Assembly (NCBI GenBank): GCA_001600695.1
Contig: BCKQ01000024.1
Coordinates: 1 to 64,000, forward strand
DNA from: Ascoidea asiatica JCM 7603
Taxonomy: Eukaryota > Fungi > Ascomycota
Reading direction: 5' to 3'
DNA length: 64,000 nucleotides
This document shows, piece after piece, positions 45,772 to 56,849 of the stretch. The translations under genes were made by a program, and so were the position numbers. Below the pieces are notes generated by a model that searched no databases, was not told the DNA's origin, and saw only the letters and a list, made by a program, of their open reading frames with translations. The first letter of the stretch is position 1; every line of letters starts with the position of its first letter.

Positions 45772-47994
45772 TTAGAAAATTAATTGATAAGTTGTATAGA
45801 TCATGGAAATTGCACCAAATATTACTAAAACTATATCAGATAATTTTGATAATTTTGTTTCTGCACAAGATTTATAATGTAACATTGGTGGATACATATA
45901 AACTAATGGGATACAAGCCAAACAACCAACTAAAGAAACAAATTTATCTAAATCATCTGCACCAAATATTGCAATTGTTGAACATGATATAACAATGAAA
46001 AATCTGAAAAAATTTTTACACCATTTAATTTTCCAATGATATTTACCAGTTTTTTCAATTTTTAAAAGACTGATAAAAATTTTATTTTCTAAAATTTTTA
46101 TAACTGGAAATAATTGTAAAGGAGCAGATAATAAAATTGCCATTGAGTAAAATAATTGAATTAAATTAACAAATATTGAATCTTGTGGTAAATTTAAAAT
46201 GATAACAGTTAAAGTTTTCGAACCATAAGTACAATAACATAAAGAAGCAATTGAAATCATTAAAAATGAAATTGACATGATTACAATAAATAAAACTTTT
46301 GGAAATTTTTCAGGTTGAGCCATTGATTCTTGTACAGGTATTATTAAACCAATTCCTTCAAAAGCGAAAATCGCAACACCAATAAATAAAGGCCAATCGT
46401 CATTAAAATATTTTATATCTTTTGCAACACCATTTTTTAATAAATCTAAAAATGTATAATAAACAACAACAGTTAAACCAAAAATTATAAAAAAATTTGC
46501 AAATAAAGCAATTAAAGATAATTTTGTTATATTTCTAAAAAGGCATAAAGGCATTAAAAGCAAAGTTAGAAAAATAATAATATTTAAAAAAGAGAAATCT
46601 AAATTTAAAATATTTTTTAAAAAGGCAATTAAATTATTTGAAGTAAAAACGATATAAGTTGAAACAAAACCTAATTGAGATAAGATTATTGAGAATAAAA
46701 TTAAAAATTTCATTAATGAACCAAATAATTTAAAACCAATATCACCAAATGAAGAAACTTTTGTTTTAACTTTTGATAATATAAGTAAATAATAGCACCA
46801 ATAAGAATAAAAACCAAAAAAAAATAAAGTTATAATTGAAAAAAGTAAACCACCATTTAAAAAAGCTTTTGGTAAGAATAAAATTCCAGTACCAACAAAA
46901 GCTTTGAATAAAAGGAAAAAAGCTTTTAATTGAGTTGCAGTCCCAGAATTTTTTTTAATTGAGTTACTTGAATTTGTTGAATTAATTGAAATTGAAGAAG
47001 ATAAAGGTAATAAAGGAGATTGTTCATTGATCGATTTATTAAAATTTTTATTAATTTTGCAAGTTTGAAAATCTTCATCTTCTAATTGTTCACCAGCAAA
47101 ATGACCATAAATTGATAGAAATTCCATAAAATTTCTAGTTAAAAAAGGAGGTAAATAAAGTAAATCATCATCATCGTCATGATTATTGTTACTGTTATTG
47201 TTGCTGGTATTACTATTACTATTACTGGGGTTATTATGGTTATAGTTATTATTATTATTATTTGAGATATTATTTTGATTTAATTTTTTGAATTTATTTG
47301 AAATAAACTCTCTTCTAAACCCACCAGGTAAATTAATACTTGAAGCAGTTGAACCTCTTCTAATTTTTGATAAAGAATTTGATCTTTTTAAGGTCGGAAT
47401 ATTAGTAATATTGTTGTTACTATTATTATCAGTCTCTAAGTTTGATTCAAATTTATATAAATCTCTTGAAATATCACCACCTTGAGATTTTAAAGGGTCA
47501 AAATTTGGATTTAAATTTAAATGATTTTTAACATTATTTCTAATTATATTTATATCTATATCAGTACTACTACTATTATTATTGTTATTATTGTTATTAT
47601 TATTGATATTAATATCTGAACTATCATTTTGAGGTGCGAGTAAAGATTGATTATGTAAAGAATGATCACTTGGAGAAGAAAATGAAATTACAGAATTATT
47701 CGAAGAATGTAAATGTGAATTGAAATTTAAATTAATTGAAGTATTTGAAAATGAATTTGAATTTGATAATTTTCTAATATTATTATACCTTATTGGAGAA
47801 CCAGGTAAACCTGGATCACCATTTAATAAAGACATTGGATTCGAAAATGAGGATTGTCTAATACTATTATTCATATTGATATTTTTATTTTTATTTAAAT
47901 TCAAATTGGAATTGGAGTTGGAGTTCAAATTCAAATTCAAATTTAAATGTGAATTCGAATTTGAATGTGAAGTATTTGTACTACCGTAAGACAT
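45772..47994 (-). CDS. AVT4: Vacuolar amino-acid transporter (AVT3/AVT4 family, AVT4-like)
   Basis: SQGGDISRDLYK, PGGFRR, FLTRNFMEFLSIYGHFAGE, KAFVGTGILFLPKAF, FAFEGIGLIIPVQ, and about 11 TM segments. The track start at 48123 is TTG, so the first ATG at 47994 is used. Confidence 0.9.
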   Translation of the reverse strand: MSYGSTNTSHSNSNSHLNLNLNLNSNSNSNLNLNKNKNINMNNSIRQSSFSNPMSLLNGDPGLPGSPIRYNNIRKLSNSNSFSNTSINLNFNSHLHSSNNSVISFSSPSDHSLHNQSLLAPQNDSSDININNNNNNNNNNSSSTDIDINIIRNNVKNHLNLNPNFDPLKSQGGDISRDLYKFESNLETDNNSNNNITNIPTLKRSNSLSKIRRGSTASSINLPGGFRREFISNKFKKLNQNNISNNNNNNYNHNNPSNSNSNTSNNNSNNNHDDDDDLLYLPPFLTRNFMEFLSIYGHFAGEQLEDEDFQTCKINKNFNKSINEQSPLLPLSSSISINSTNSSNSIKKNSGTATQLKAFFLLFKAFVGTGILFLPKAFLNGGLLFSIITLFFFGFYSYWCYYLLILSKVKTKVSSFGDIGFKLFGSLMKFLILFSIILSQLGFVSTYIVFTSNNLIAFLKNILNLDFSFLNIIIFLTLLLMPLCLFRNITKLSLIALFANFFIIFGLTVVVYYTFLDLLKNGVAKDIKYFNDDWPLFIGVAIFAFEGIGLIIPVQESMAQPEKFPKVLFIVIMSISFLMISIASLCYCTYGSKTLTVIILNLPQDSIFVNLIQLFYSMAILLSAPLQLFPVIKILENKIFISLLKIEKTGKYHWKIKWCKNFFRFFIVISCSTIAIFGADDLDKFVSLVGCLACIPLVYMYPPMLHYKSCAETKLSKLSDIVLVIFGAISMIYTTYQLIF

Positions 47995-49184
47995 TATAAA
48001 TATTTGATATTTGAATTGTAAGTGAGCAATATAATAATACCGAAATAAATAAAAGAAAGACGATGAATTATAAAAAAAGGAAAGAGGTATTTCCTTAATT
48101 ATTTTAATAAAAGAAACAATCAAAAAAAAATAAAAGAAAGAAGATCAGGAATATAAAGAAACAATGTCTTTTATTTATATATTTGCTGATTAAAGGTATA
48201 TTATTTACTCTCCAGTGGTTCAGCTACTTAATATTCACTGGTCATACGCGGTGGAAGCGAGCAGAGAGCCAAGAGAGAAAAGAGGGAAGAGATGCGAAGA
48301 ACTCTCAGCTCGGTGGAAGGCGTCCCTGCTTATCAGTGTGTACACACTGCAGAAGACAGCAAGCAGCACCACTAGCCACACAGCACAGCCATTATCACTT
48401 GCCACCGCAATTTTTGGCTTACTCATCCACACCGTTTACTTCCATACATTTGGATTTGTTTGTTTATTTGAAAAACTCTTCCTTGATCACGGACACTCGG
48501 AAATGCCATTTCCGTTCTCATAGTTCCTCGGCCCACGGCGCTCTGCTTTCCTGGCTTGTTCATGAAAATAAAACGTTGATTTTCTCCTTCTGCTTCCTTT
48601 TCTTTTCTTTCTTCTTCTTTTTCTTCTTGTTTTCAAAGTTCTTTTGCTGCTCAACAATCTGAATGTTTCTCATAGATATTCATAAACTTTCAAAAGAACT
48701 CATTACAATTTCACTATGTTTATCCTTAATTCTACTAAGCTCTAAGCTCTATAAATTTTCAATTTCTTAAAATTTCTAATTTTCAGTTTTTTAAAATAAA
48801 ATATTAATCAAGTTATCGATTCAACTTGAATATTGATTGAAAAAAGTTATGAAACTTAATTGAAACTATTTTATTATATCATACAATCTATCATTTTTAT
48901 CAAAATATTTAAAATTTTACCACTTTTAAAAGAATTTAAAAAAAAATGATTTATCAAATTTTCTAAAATTTTTGAAATTTTCAAAGTTTTCAAAATTTAA
49001 TTAATCTATTAATAAAAATTGGCTCAAGTTAATCTAATTATATTTAATTTGATTCAATTACCAGATATACTTATATATATATTCAATTATATTCGAATTG
49101 TTGAATGAAATTTTGAAATGTTAATTATCAAATTATTTAACTAATCAACTAATTAATATAAATTGATTGAAAATATTAAGCAAA

Positions 49185-52100
49185 ATGTTTTTAAATTCAT
49201 TCATAATTATCTGTTTATTTCAAACTACTTTATCTCAATCATTATATTCATCTTTAAATCCAATTTATTCAAATTCTTCAAGAATTGATTATCAATATAC
49301 ATCTTCTTCAAATCCAATCACAACTACAACTTATATTAATGATTTAAAAACTTTAACATTAACAATAACTTCATGTTCAAATAATGAAAATTGTAAAATT
49401 TCAACAATTTTAACTGGTTTAACTACTTTAAAAACTTCTTTAAATGGGTTTGAAACTTCAATTGTTACTTATTGCCCTTTAACAACTGATTCAACATTAC
49501 AAACAATTTCTAATATTCAATCTACAAAATCAGAACTTTTAAGTTCTTTAATTATTACTTCTCTAGATTCTCAAAAATCAATAGAACTTACAACAACTTC
49601 TTGCTCTGATGATTCTTGCTATACATCAACATTAACTACTGGTTTAACTACACTAACAACGACTTTAAATGGTATTACAACTTCATATGTTACCTACTGC
49701 CCATTAACTGCGACTTCTACAATTGGCTCTACTACTGATTCCATTACTACCTCTATTGCGACTACAAATCTCCTTACAAATTCAAATCATTTACAATCTA
49801 TAAGTCAATCAATAACTCAATCAAACAGTGAAACAACTCCTGAAACTAGTGAACCGAATAGTGAAACAACTTCTAGTATTAAATTCAAATCATCGGGTCC
49901 TTCAAGTTCAAATTCTTTAATAAATACACCTCTTTATACTCAAAAATCAGTTAAATTAACAACGACCTCATGTTCCGATGATTCATGTTATACTTCAACT
50001 TTAACAACTGGTTTAACCACTTTAAAAACTACTATAAATGGAATTGAAACTTTTTATGTTACATATTGTCCATTGACTGCAACTACAAAGGATTCTATCA
50101 TTGATTCTTCCACTCAATTGGATTTTACTGAAAACACTCAATCAGTAAGTAAAACTATAAGTGAAATTACAAGTGAAACTAATAGTCAATCAACTTCCAA
50201 ATTAACTAGTGAATCATCTTCTCATATTCAATCAGTATCATCAGATACTTCAAGTTTAAGTTCATTGATTAATACTTCCCTTGATGCTCAAAAATCAGTT
50301 GAATTAACAACAACTTCTTGCTCTGGTGATTCTTGTTATACTTCGACTTTAACAACTGGCTTAACTACTTTAACAACAACTATCAACGGAGTTGCAACTT
50401 CATATGTAACATATTGTCCATTAAGTGCTTCTTCTACTATTGGTTCCACTGCAGAAGCAACTACTACAGACTCTACAACAGCTACCAGTTTGGAATCCAC
50501 TCTAGATTTCAATTCAGAATCTTCTATTGTTTATACTACTGGTTCTACCTCAGATTCTACTACTGGCTCTACCATAGGCTCTACCCCTAGTTCTAGCGAA
50601 TTCTCTACTATAGAGTCAACTACTGAACCAACTACCATGTCTACTGAGGGATCTAGTTATACTGAAGCAACCCCGTCAACTAGTCAATCAACTACTGAAC
50701 CTATTGAATCTTCAAAATCAGATTATTTCGCCTCTTTAATTAATGCTTCTCTGGATGCTCAAAAATCAATTAAAATAACAACAACTTCTTGTTCAGATGG
50801 TTCATGCTCAACACGAACTCTAACTACTGGTTTGACGACTTTGATTACAACAGTAAATGGATTTGCAACATCATATGTTACTTTTTGTCCATTAATTGCT
50901 ACTACTACTGATTTTAATACAGGTTCTATCATCGCTTCTAACACTGATACCACTACTGATACTACAGTATCTGATTCATTCATTATTTCATCAGCTAAAA
51001 ACGATCAAAGTTCTTTAGAATTAACAATGACTTCATGCTCAGATAATTTATGTGCTTCATCAGTTATAATAACCGGGCTAACAACTTTAAAGACAACTAT
51101 AAAAGGAATTGAAACCTCATATGTTACATATTGTCCACTAACTGCTACCGCTACCACTGAATCTACTAAGTCCTTTAGTACTGGCTCTACTGCATATTCA
51201 CTTGCTCCTTCTACTACTGCTTCCAGCAGTGATTCCACCATAGAATCTACAATAAGCTCTAGTACTGGTTTAACTGTTGGATCTGCTGCTGATTCTATTA
51301 TTGTTTCCAACACTGCTTCTATTACTGTTTCTTCTGTTACTTCTACCCCCGCTTCTGATATTGTTTTTACTACAGAATCTACTAGAGGTTCTAGTAGTGC
51401 TTCTACTCTATCATCTAGTACAGACTCTACCCCGATTACCTCTACTGTTGCCAGTACAACTACTCCTACTACAGAATCTATTAGTGATTCCACTGTAAAT
51501 TCAAGTATAACTTCAAGTAATGCCTCTCAGTCTAAAGTTTCTAAATCAGTTATAACGTTAAGTTCTTGTTCAGATAATAATTGTGAATCATCAATTGTTA
51601 CAACTGGAGTAATGGTTTTAACAACAACTGTTTCAAATGAAAAATTTATATATACAACCTATTGTCCTCTTACAGAAGTTTCAAGTTTAAATATTGGAAG
51701 TTCTTCAAATTATGACAGTACAAGCTCAAGTTCTACAATTCAGTCAAATTCAGGAACAGCTTACACAGCTTCAACAACTTCTGCAATATCAACTGTACCG
51801 GCTTCATCTAATATTGAATCAACTTCTAATGAAGAATCAGGATTTTCAAGTTTTGCAGCTTTAGAATCAAGTTCTTCTGAATTGGGTGAATCAAGTACAT
51901 CAAGTACATCAAGTACATCAAGTACATCAAGTACATCAAGTACATCAAGTACATCAAGTACATCAAGTACATCAAGTACATCAAGTACTGAAATGGCTGA
52001 TTCAACACATAAATCTAGTTCAGTTAGTAGTTTTACATTATTATCATCTAGTGAAGAATTAACTACAACAGTTTCAGATAAAATTGAAGTTACAAAAAAA

Positions 52101-52796
52101 ACAACTCTTACAACAACACAATGTACTGGAAAAGGATGTAGTGTACAAACTGTAACAACGGATTTGACAACAGGTTTTACAACGGATTTTACAACAATAA
52201 CTCATAGTATTAGTGGATTAAGTTCATTATCAACATCATATGCTTCATCAGCTGATACAAGTTTAGACTCTAATTCTATTCTGGAGACTACAGATATTAC
52301 CGGTGGTGAAACTAGTAATATTAACTCTATGACTAGTATCTCAAGTGGTTCATTCCAATCATCAGTTTCAGCAATTTCAAATGATGTAGTAGAGTCTTCA
52401 GCTATAGGTTCAAAGAATATTGAGTATGGAAGTTCATTTTCACAATCAGCATCTATTGATGCTCAAGTTTTAACCAGAGACTTTGGAACATCTACAGAGA
52501 TGAGTAGTAGTACTACTAATATAATTAATGAATTGAATTCGTATTCTGATTATACAATGATAGCATCACTAACTAATTCAGTTTCTCAAACCAGTGGGGA
52601 TTTATTATCATCATCAGAAAGTTTAAAATGTTCAGGAAGTGAATGTAAAATATCAGAAACCATTATAGAATATTCTTCAAGTTCAAGTAATGGAACAACT
52701 TCAATACCTTCTGTTGAAGAATCTAACAATGGTTATAAAACTTACAGCTTTAGTATTTTTTCAATTTTAATTTCTGGAGCTTTAATGCTTCTATAG
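49185..52796 (+). CDS. Ser/Thr-rich cell-surface adhesin/flocculin with Cys-containing flocculin type-3 repeats, probably GPI-anchored
   Basis: Signal peptide MFLNSFIIICLFQTTLS. Seven complete TSCSxxxC...T(Y/F)CPL repeats plus two partial ones. C-terminal NNG omega-like site followed by hydrophobic FSIFSILISGALMLL. First ATG is at 49185. Confidence 0.9.
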   Translation: MFLNSFIIICLFQTTLSQSLYSSLNPIYSNSSRIDYQYTSSSNPITTTTYINDLKTLTLTITSCSNNENCKISTILTGLTTLKTSLNGFETSIVTYCPLTTDSTLQTISNIQSTKSELLSSLIITSLDSQKSIELTTTSCSDDSCYTSTLTTGLTTLTTTLNGITTSYVTYCPLTATSTIGSTTDSITTSIATTNLLTNSNHLQSISQSITQSNSETTPETSEPNSETTSSIKFKSSGPSSSNSLINTPLYTQKSVKLTTTSCSDDSCYTSTLTTGLTTLKTTINGIETFYVTYCPLTATTKDSIIDSSTQLDFTENTQSVSKTISEITSETNSQSTSKLTSESSSHIQSVSSDTSSLSSLINTSLDAQKSVELTTTSCSGDSCYTSTLTTGLTTLTTTINGVATSYVTYCPLSASSTIGSTAEATTTDSTTATSLESTLDFNSESSIVYTTGSTSDSTTGSTIGSTPSSSEFSTIESTTEPTTMSTEGSSYTEATPSTSQSTTEPIESSKSDYFASLINASLDAQKSIKITTTSCSDGSCSTRTLTTGLTTLITTVNGFATSYVTFCPLIATTTDFNTGSIIASNTDTTTDTTVSDSFIISSAKNDQSSLELTMTSCSDNLCASSVIITGLTTLKTTIKGIETSYVTYCPLTATATTESTKSFSTGSTAYSLAPSTTASSSDSTIESTISSSTGLTVGSAADSIIVSNTASITVSSVTSTPASDIVFTTESTRGSSSASTLSSSTDSTPITSTVASTTTPTTESISDSTVNSSITSSNASQSKVSKSVITLSSCSDNNCESSIVTTGVMVLTTTVSNEKFIYTTYCPLTEVSSLNIGSSSNYDSTSSSSTIQSNSGTAYTASTTSAISTVPASSNIESTSNEESGFSSFAALESSSSELGESSTSSTSSTSSTSSTSSTSSTSSTSSTSSTSSTEMADSTHKSSSVSSFTLLSSSEELTTTVSDKIEVTKKTTLTTTQCTGKGCSVQTVTTDLTTGFTTDFTTITHSISGLSSLSTSYASSADTSLDSNSILETTDITGGETSNINSMTSISSGSFQSSVSAISNDVVESSAIGSKNIEYGSSFSQSASIDAQVLTRDFGTSTEMSSSTTNIINELNSYSDYTMIASLTNSVSQTSGDLLSSSESLKCSGSECKISETIIEYSSSSSNGTTSIPSVEESNNGYKTYSFSIFSILISGALMLL
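51891..51989 (+). repeat. 9-bp coding tandem repeat (TCAAGTACA) x11 encoding (SST)n in the adhesin
   Basis: Ten perfect units plus one TCAAGTACT. Confidence 0.95.
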
Positions 52797-53037
52797 TATT
52801 TTTTTTGATTATATAAATATACATACGGTATGAATATAGATATAATAAAGTTTGAATAAATCTATAATAATAAACTATTATTACTTAAAATGATAATTAC
52901 CGATTGCCGATTATCAATTACCATTATTGTCGCCACATATGAGAGGTGCTTTCAAATAAAAAAAAAATTATTGTTCCATATATATGGTCTCTATTTTTTC
53001 AGCCGACTTGTCCCTGGAATTGCCTGCTTTTGTGAAA

Positions 53038-53064
53038 TGACGTCAACTCTACTTTCACGTGAAA
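53038..53064. promoter_or_regulatory. Adjacent CRE (TGACGTCA) and E-box palindrome (TTTCACGTGAAA) upstream of LSP1/PIL1
   Basis: TGACGTCA at 53038-53045 and TCACGTGA at 53055-53062, inside a GC-rich island about 600 bp upstream of the ATG. Confidence 0.5.
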
Positions 53065-53646
53065 ACAGACCTCTGCGCATGGAGAAGATGAAATTGCGCG
53101 CAGGCCGGCTAAGCATAAGGAAGTGGAAAAAAGTGGGTGGCGGGTATTATGTGGCGTTTAATGATGGCGGGTGCTGGTGGTGTGGCAGTGCGTAGTCTCA
53201 TCCCTCTTTGTTAGAGCCTTTCTGGCTTGCCTCCCTCCATGACCAGTACTATTTCTAAGTCCCTTTTGCCTGCTCTCTGCTCTGCTTTCCTTTCCTTCTC
53301 TTCCTGTAGCAATCTTCTACTCGCGTCTTGCGTTCTTCACGCCAATTAATTAGCTACCCAATTACCTCTACAATACTGTTTACTTACTTATCATTTCATA
53401 GGATTCTTTAATCTGTCTCAATTATATCATATTAAATCATTTAATTATATTTAATTTAATCAATTCTCTTTTTTCCTGTTTCTTATTGACATATTTATAT
53501 CAATTATCAATTATAATCTAGTTGTTTTTAATCTTTTTATTCTTTTCTTTTTGTCTTATATATATTCTAATATTTATAATCATAATAACAATAATAATAA
53601 TAACAATTTTTATAATAAAAATATTTAAGAAGAGTAATCAAACAAA

Positions 53647-54624
53647 ATGCATAGAACTTATTCTTTAAGAAATTCAAGAGCTCCAACTGCTTCTCAATTA
53701 GCTTCTCCACCACCTCCACAATCTTCAACTAAAAAACATTATTTTGGTAAAGCAGGAATTGCTTCATCATTTAGAAAAAATGCTGCTGGTTCTTTTGGTC
53801 CTGAATTATCAAGAAAATTAGCTCAATATGTTAAAATGGAAAAAAATGTAATGAGAGCTTTAGAATTAGTTGCAAATGAAAGAAGAAATGTTGCAAAACA
53901 ATTATCACTTTGGGGTGAAGAAAATGAAGATGATGTTTCTGATATTACTGATAAATTAGGTGTTTTAATTTATGAATTAGGTGAATTAGATGACCTTTTT
54001 ATTGATCGTTATGATCAATATAGATTAACAATAAAATCAATTAGAAATATAGAAAGTTCTGTTCAACCTTCAAGAGATCGTAAAGCAAAAATAACTGATA
54101 AAATTGCTTATTTAAAATACAAAGATCCAAATTCTCCAAAAATTATGATTTTAGAACAAGAATTAGTTAGAGCAGAAGCTGAATCTTTAGTTGCTGAAGC
54201 TCAATTATCAAATATTACAAGAGATAAATTGAAATTAGCTTATAATTATCAATTTGATTCAATTAGAGAACATGCTGAAAAAATGGCATTAATTGCAGGT
54301 TATGGTAAAGCTTTATTAGAATTATTAGATGATACTCCTGTAATTCCAGGTGAAACTAGACCTGCTTATGATGGTTATGAAGCTTCAAAACAAATTATTA
54401 TTGATGCCGAAAATGCTTTATCAAATTGGACTTTAGATTCTGCTGCAGTTAAACCAACTTTATCAATGCATACAACTTCAAATGAAGTTTATGATACAAG
54501 TGATGAAGAAGCTTTAGAAAATGAAGAATATGAAAAGCGTCAAAAAGATTTAGAAAATGAATTAAATGGTATGACTGAAACTGAAAAAAATTTTGATCAA
54601 GGTCATGAACAAGTTGCTGCTTAA
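53647..54624 (+). CDS. LSP1: Eisosome BAR-domain protein Lsp1/Pil1
   Basis: MHRTYSLRNSRAPTASQL, FGPELSRKL, DDVSDITDKLGVLIYE, LEQELVRAEAESLVAEAQLSNITR. IASSFRKNAAG is Lsp1-like, but Pil1 is not excluded. Confidence 0.9.
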   Translation: MHRTYSLRNSRAPTASQLASPPPPQSSTKKHYFGKAGIASSFRKNAAGSFGPELSRKLAQYVKMEKNVMRALELVANERRNVAKQLSLWGEENEDDVSDITDKLGVLIYELGELDDLFIDRYDQYRLTIKSIRNIESSVQPSRDRKAKITDKIAYLKYKDPNSPKIMILEQELVRAEAESLVAEAQLSNITRDKLKLAYNYQFDSIREHAEKMALIAGYGKALLELLDDTPVIPGETRPAYDGYEASKQIIIDAENALSNWTLDSAAVKPTLSMHTTSNEVYDTSDEEALENEEYEKRQKDLENELNGMTETEKNFDQGHEQVAA

Positions 54625-55014
54625 ACTTTTAATAAATTATTTTATAAATCTTTTTAAATAGTTATTTACACACATGTATATGTATGTATGTAATTGTTTA
54701 ATTGTTTTTTTTTTAAAAAAAAAAGTATTTTCAATTTTTAATTTTCAAGTTATAATTTCTAATTTCTAATTTCTAATTTTCAATTTTCAATTTTTCTTTT
54801 TTATTCTCTTAATCCTTTTAATTTCAACTTTAGTTTCAATCAATTTTGATTCAAATTTTAAAATTTTAAATTCTATTGCTTTTATATTTGTTTTTATTAT
54901 CTATCTTTTGTTTTTTATATTTCTTTAATAGTTACTTAATTTATATTTATATTTATATCTATATTTAATTATATTTAGTTATATATTTAGTTGTATTTAA
55001 TTTATATTGTAAAT

Positions 55015-55800
55015 TTATTCTTCATATGCAAGATCTCTAACTAATTGTTTATGATAATAATAATTTCTATATTTTATACAAATTGTTGTTAAAATAATAA
55101 ATGAAAATATAAATATCATTAATGTTCTTTTTTGATTTAAATCTTTTGGTCTAATTCTTTCTAAATATGATAATTGTTCAGCTTCTGATACATATAATTT
55201 TTCAACTAAACAATTAACGATTTTAACAGTTTTTAATGGTTTATCATTTGAATCTGTTTCAACTTCTTGAATTCTATTTAAAACCTTTAGAGATTTTTTA
55301 TCCATAACTTTACCAAATATAACATGTTTACCATCTAACCAAGATGTTACTGAAGTTGTAATAAAAAATTGAGAACCATTTGAATTTGGTCCACTATTTG
55401 CATAAGCTAAATATCCAACTTTTTTAAATCTAATTAAAAAATTTTCATCATCAAATTTTGATTTATTATAAATTGAATAACCTCCTTTACCATTATAATA
55501 TTCAAAATCTCCACCTTGAATCATAAAATCTTTTATGATTCTATGAAAAATAGTATTATTATATCCAAAACCATTTTCATTTTTTGATAATTCAACAAAA
55601 TTTTTAACTGAAATTGGTACAACTGATCCGAATAATCCTAATTCAATTCTACCTATATAATTTTCTCCATGATTAATATCAAATGAAACCACATGAGTTA
55701 TTGGTGGATCATCTTTATTATCAGTTTCTGTTGAAGCTGCAGAAATGATTGATAAAAATAAAAAAAGTTGATAAATTAAAATATTTTTTATAAATTTCAT
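55015..55800 (-). CDS. Secretory-pathway cyclophilin (PPIase B type) with C-terminal transmembrane helix
   Basis: Signal peptide, FHRIIKDFMIQGGD, ANSGPNSNGSQFFITT, WLDGKHVIFGKV, and TM segment TLMIFIFSFIILTTICI. No HDEL. Confidence 0.93.
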   Translation of the reverse strand: MKFIKNILIYQLFLFLSIISAASTETDNKDDPPITHVVSFDINHGENYIGRIELGLFGSVVPISVKNFVELSKNENGFGYNNTIFHRIIKDFMIQGGDFEYYNGKGGYSIYNKSKFDDENFLIRFKKVGYLAYANSGPNSNGSQFFITTSVTSWLDGKHVIFGKVMDKKSLKVLNRIQEVETDSNDKPLKTVKIVNCLVEKLYVSEAEQLSYLERIRPKDLNQKRTLMIFIFSFIILTTICIKYRNYYYHKQLVRDLAYEE

Positions 55801-56849
55801 TTTTATTTTCTTTTATTATACCTTACCTGATTCTGATTTAGTTAATTTTATTCTTTAATTCTTTTATAATCAAGTCATTGAATTCTCTAAATATATATAA
55901 TGATATATAAATAAAATGAATATACTTTTTTATTCAACAATTATTCATCAATATTAATTCATTTTATTTCTTTATCCTCAGTTTTTAAGCCTGGCAGAAG
56001 TTGACTATTACTCTGGTAAATACATACTTAACATATTCTCAGTATGTAATTCAGTCCTTGAAACTTTACTATGGTAAGGGTGTTCCCCGTAGGAGAGGGG
56101 TCAAGATATGAGATAAAGGTCCCCCTTCTCATACGGACGGTAACTAAAATAGTTTCCAGTTTAGAAGATTTATTTACCACAGCACAAGTTACTTTTGTAA
56201 GAAAGTAAGAAAGAAAATAAAGGATAACTGTGAAATGAAATTTTATTGGTTTCTGTCAATGATCAAAAATCATCAATTGGTACTTGTATTTTTTTGAAAT
56301 CTAAATAAAAACTAGAATTGATTGAGATAAAAGACTATGAGAATCCTCTGATGTGGATTAATGGAAAAAAAAAACTAATTGAAGAAAAAACAAATGAAAA
56401 AGATATCAATCATATTTTGGAATAAATTAGAGCAAAAAACAAAAAAATGAAATTAAAAAGTGAAACAAAATTAATCATAGAAAAAGAAGATTTTAGATAG
56501 AAATTAATATGAAGGTTTAGATTTTGAAAAAATCAAAGAAAAATAAAAAAAAATAAAAAAATAAAAACTATGATATAAATATAAAAAAAATAATCAACCA
56601 TGCCAATTATTTCATTTTAGGATTAGTAAAAGTAAATATTAAGAATTCGAAACCAAAATATATGATTTTTTTTTCAGTTTAACTAAATACTTCTCATCAC
56701 TGTTTATTCATCGTCTGTTCAATTAGCTTAAAGGATTTAGAAAAAAAGAATAAAGTTGATAAAAAAATAAAAAACAAAATTTTACTTTCAATCTTTTTCT
56801 TATTTTGTTATTTTTTTATTATTTTGAAACTTATTTTAAAAATTTCAGA

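Noticed and set aside
56078-56160. TPP riboswitch (GGGTGTT..TGAGA..ATACGG)
   Set aside because: The conserved GAxCTGGATAATxCCAGCG-type pyrophosphate arm is missing and the adjacent genes are unrelated to thiamine.
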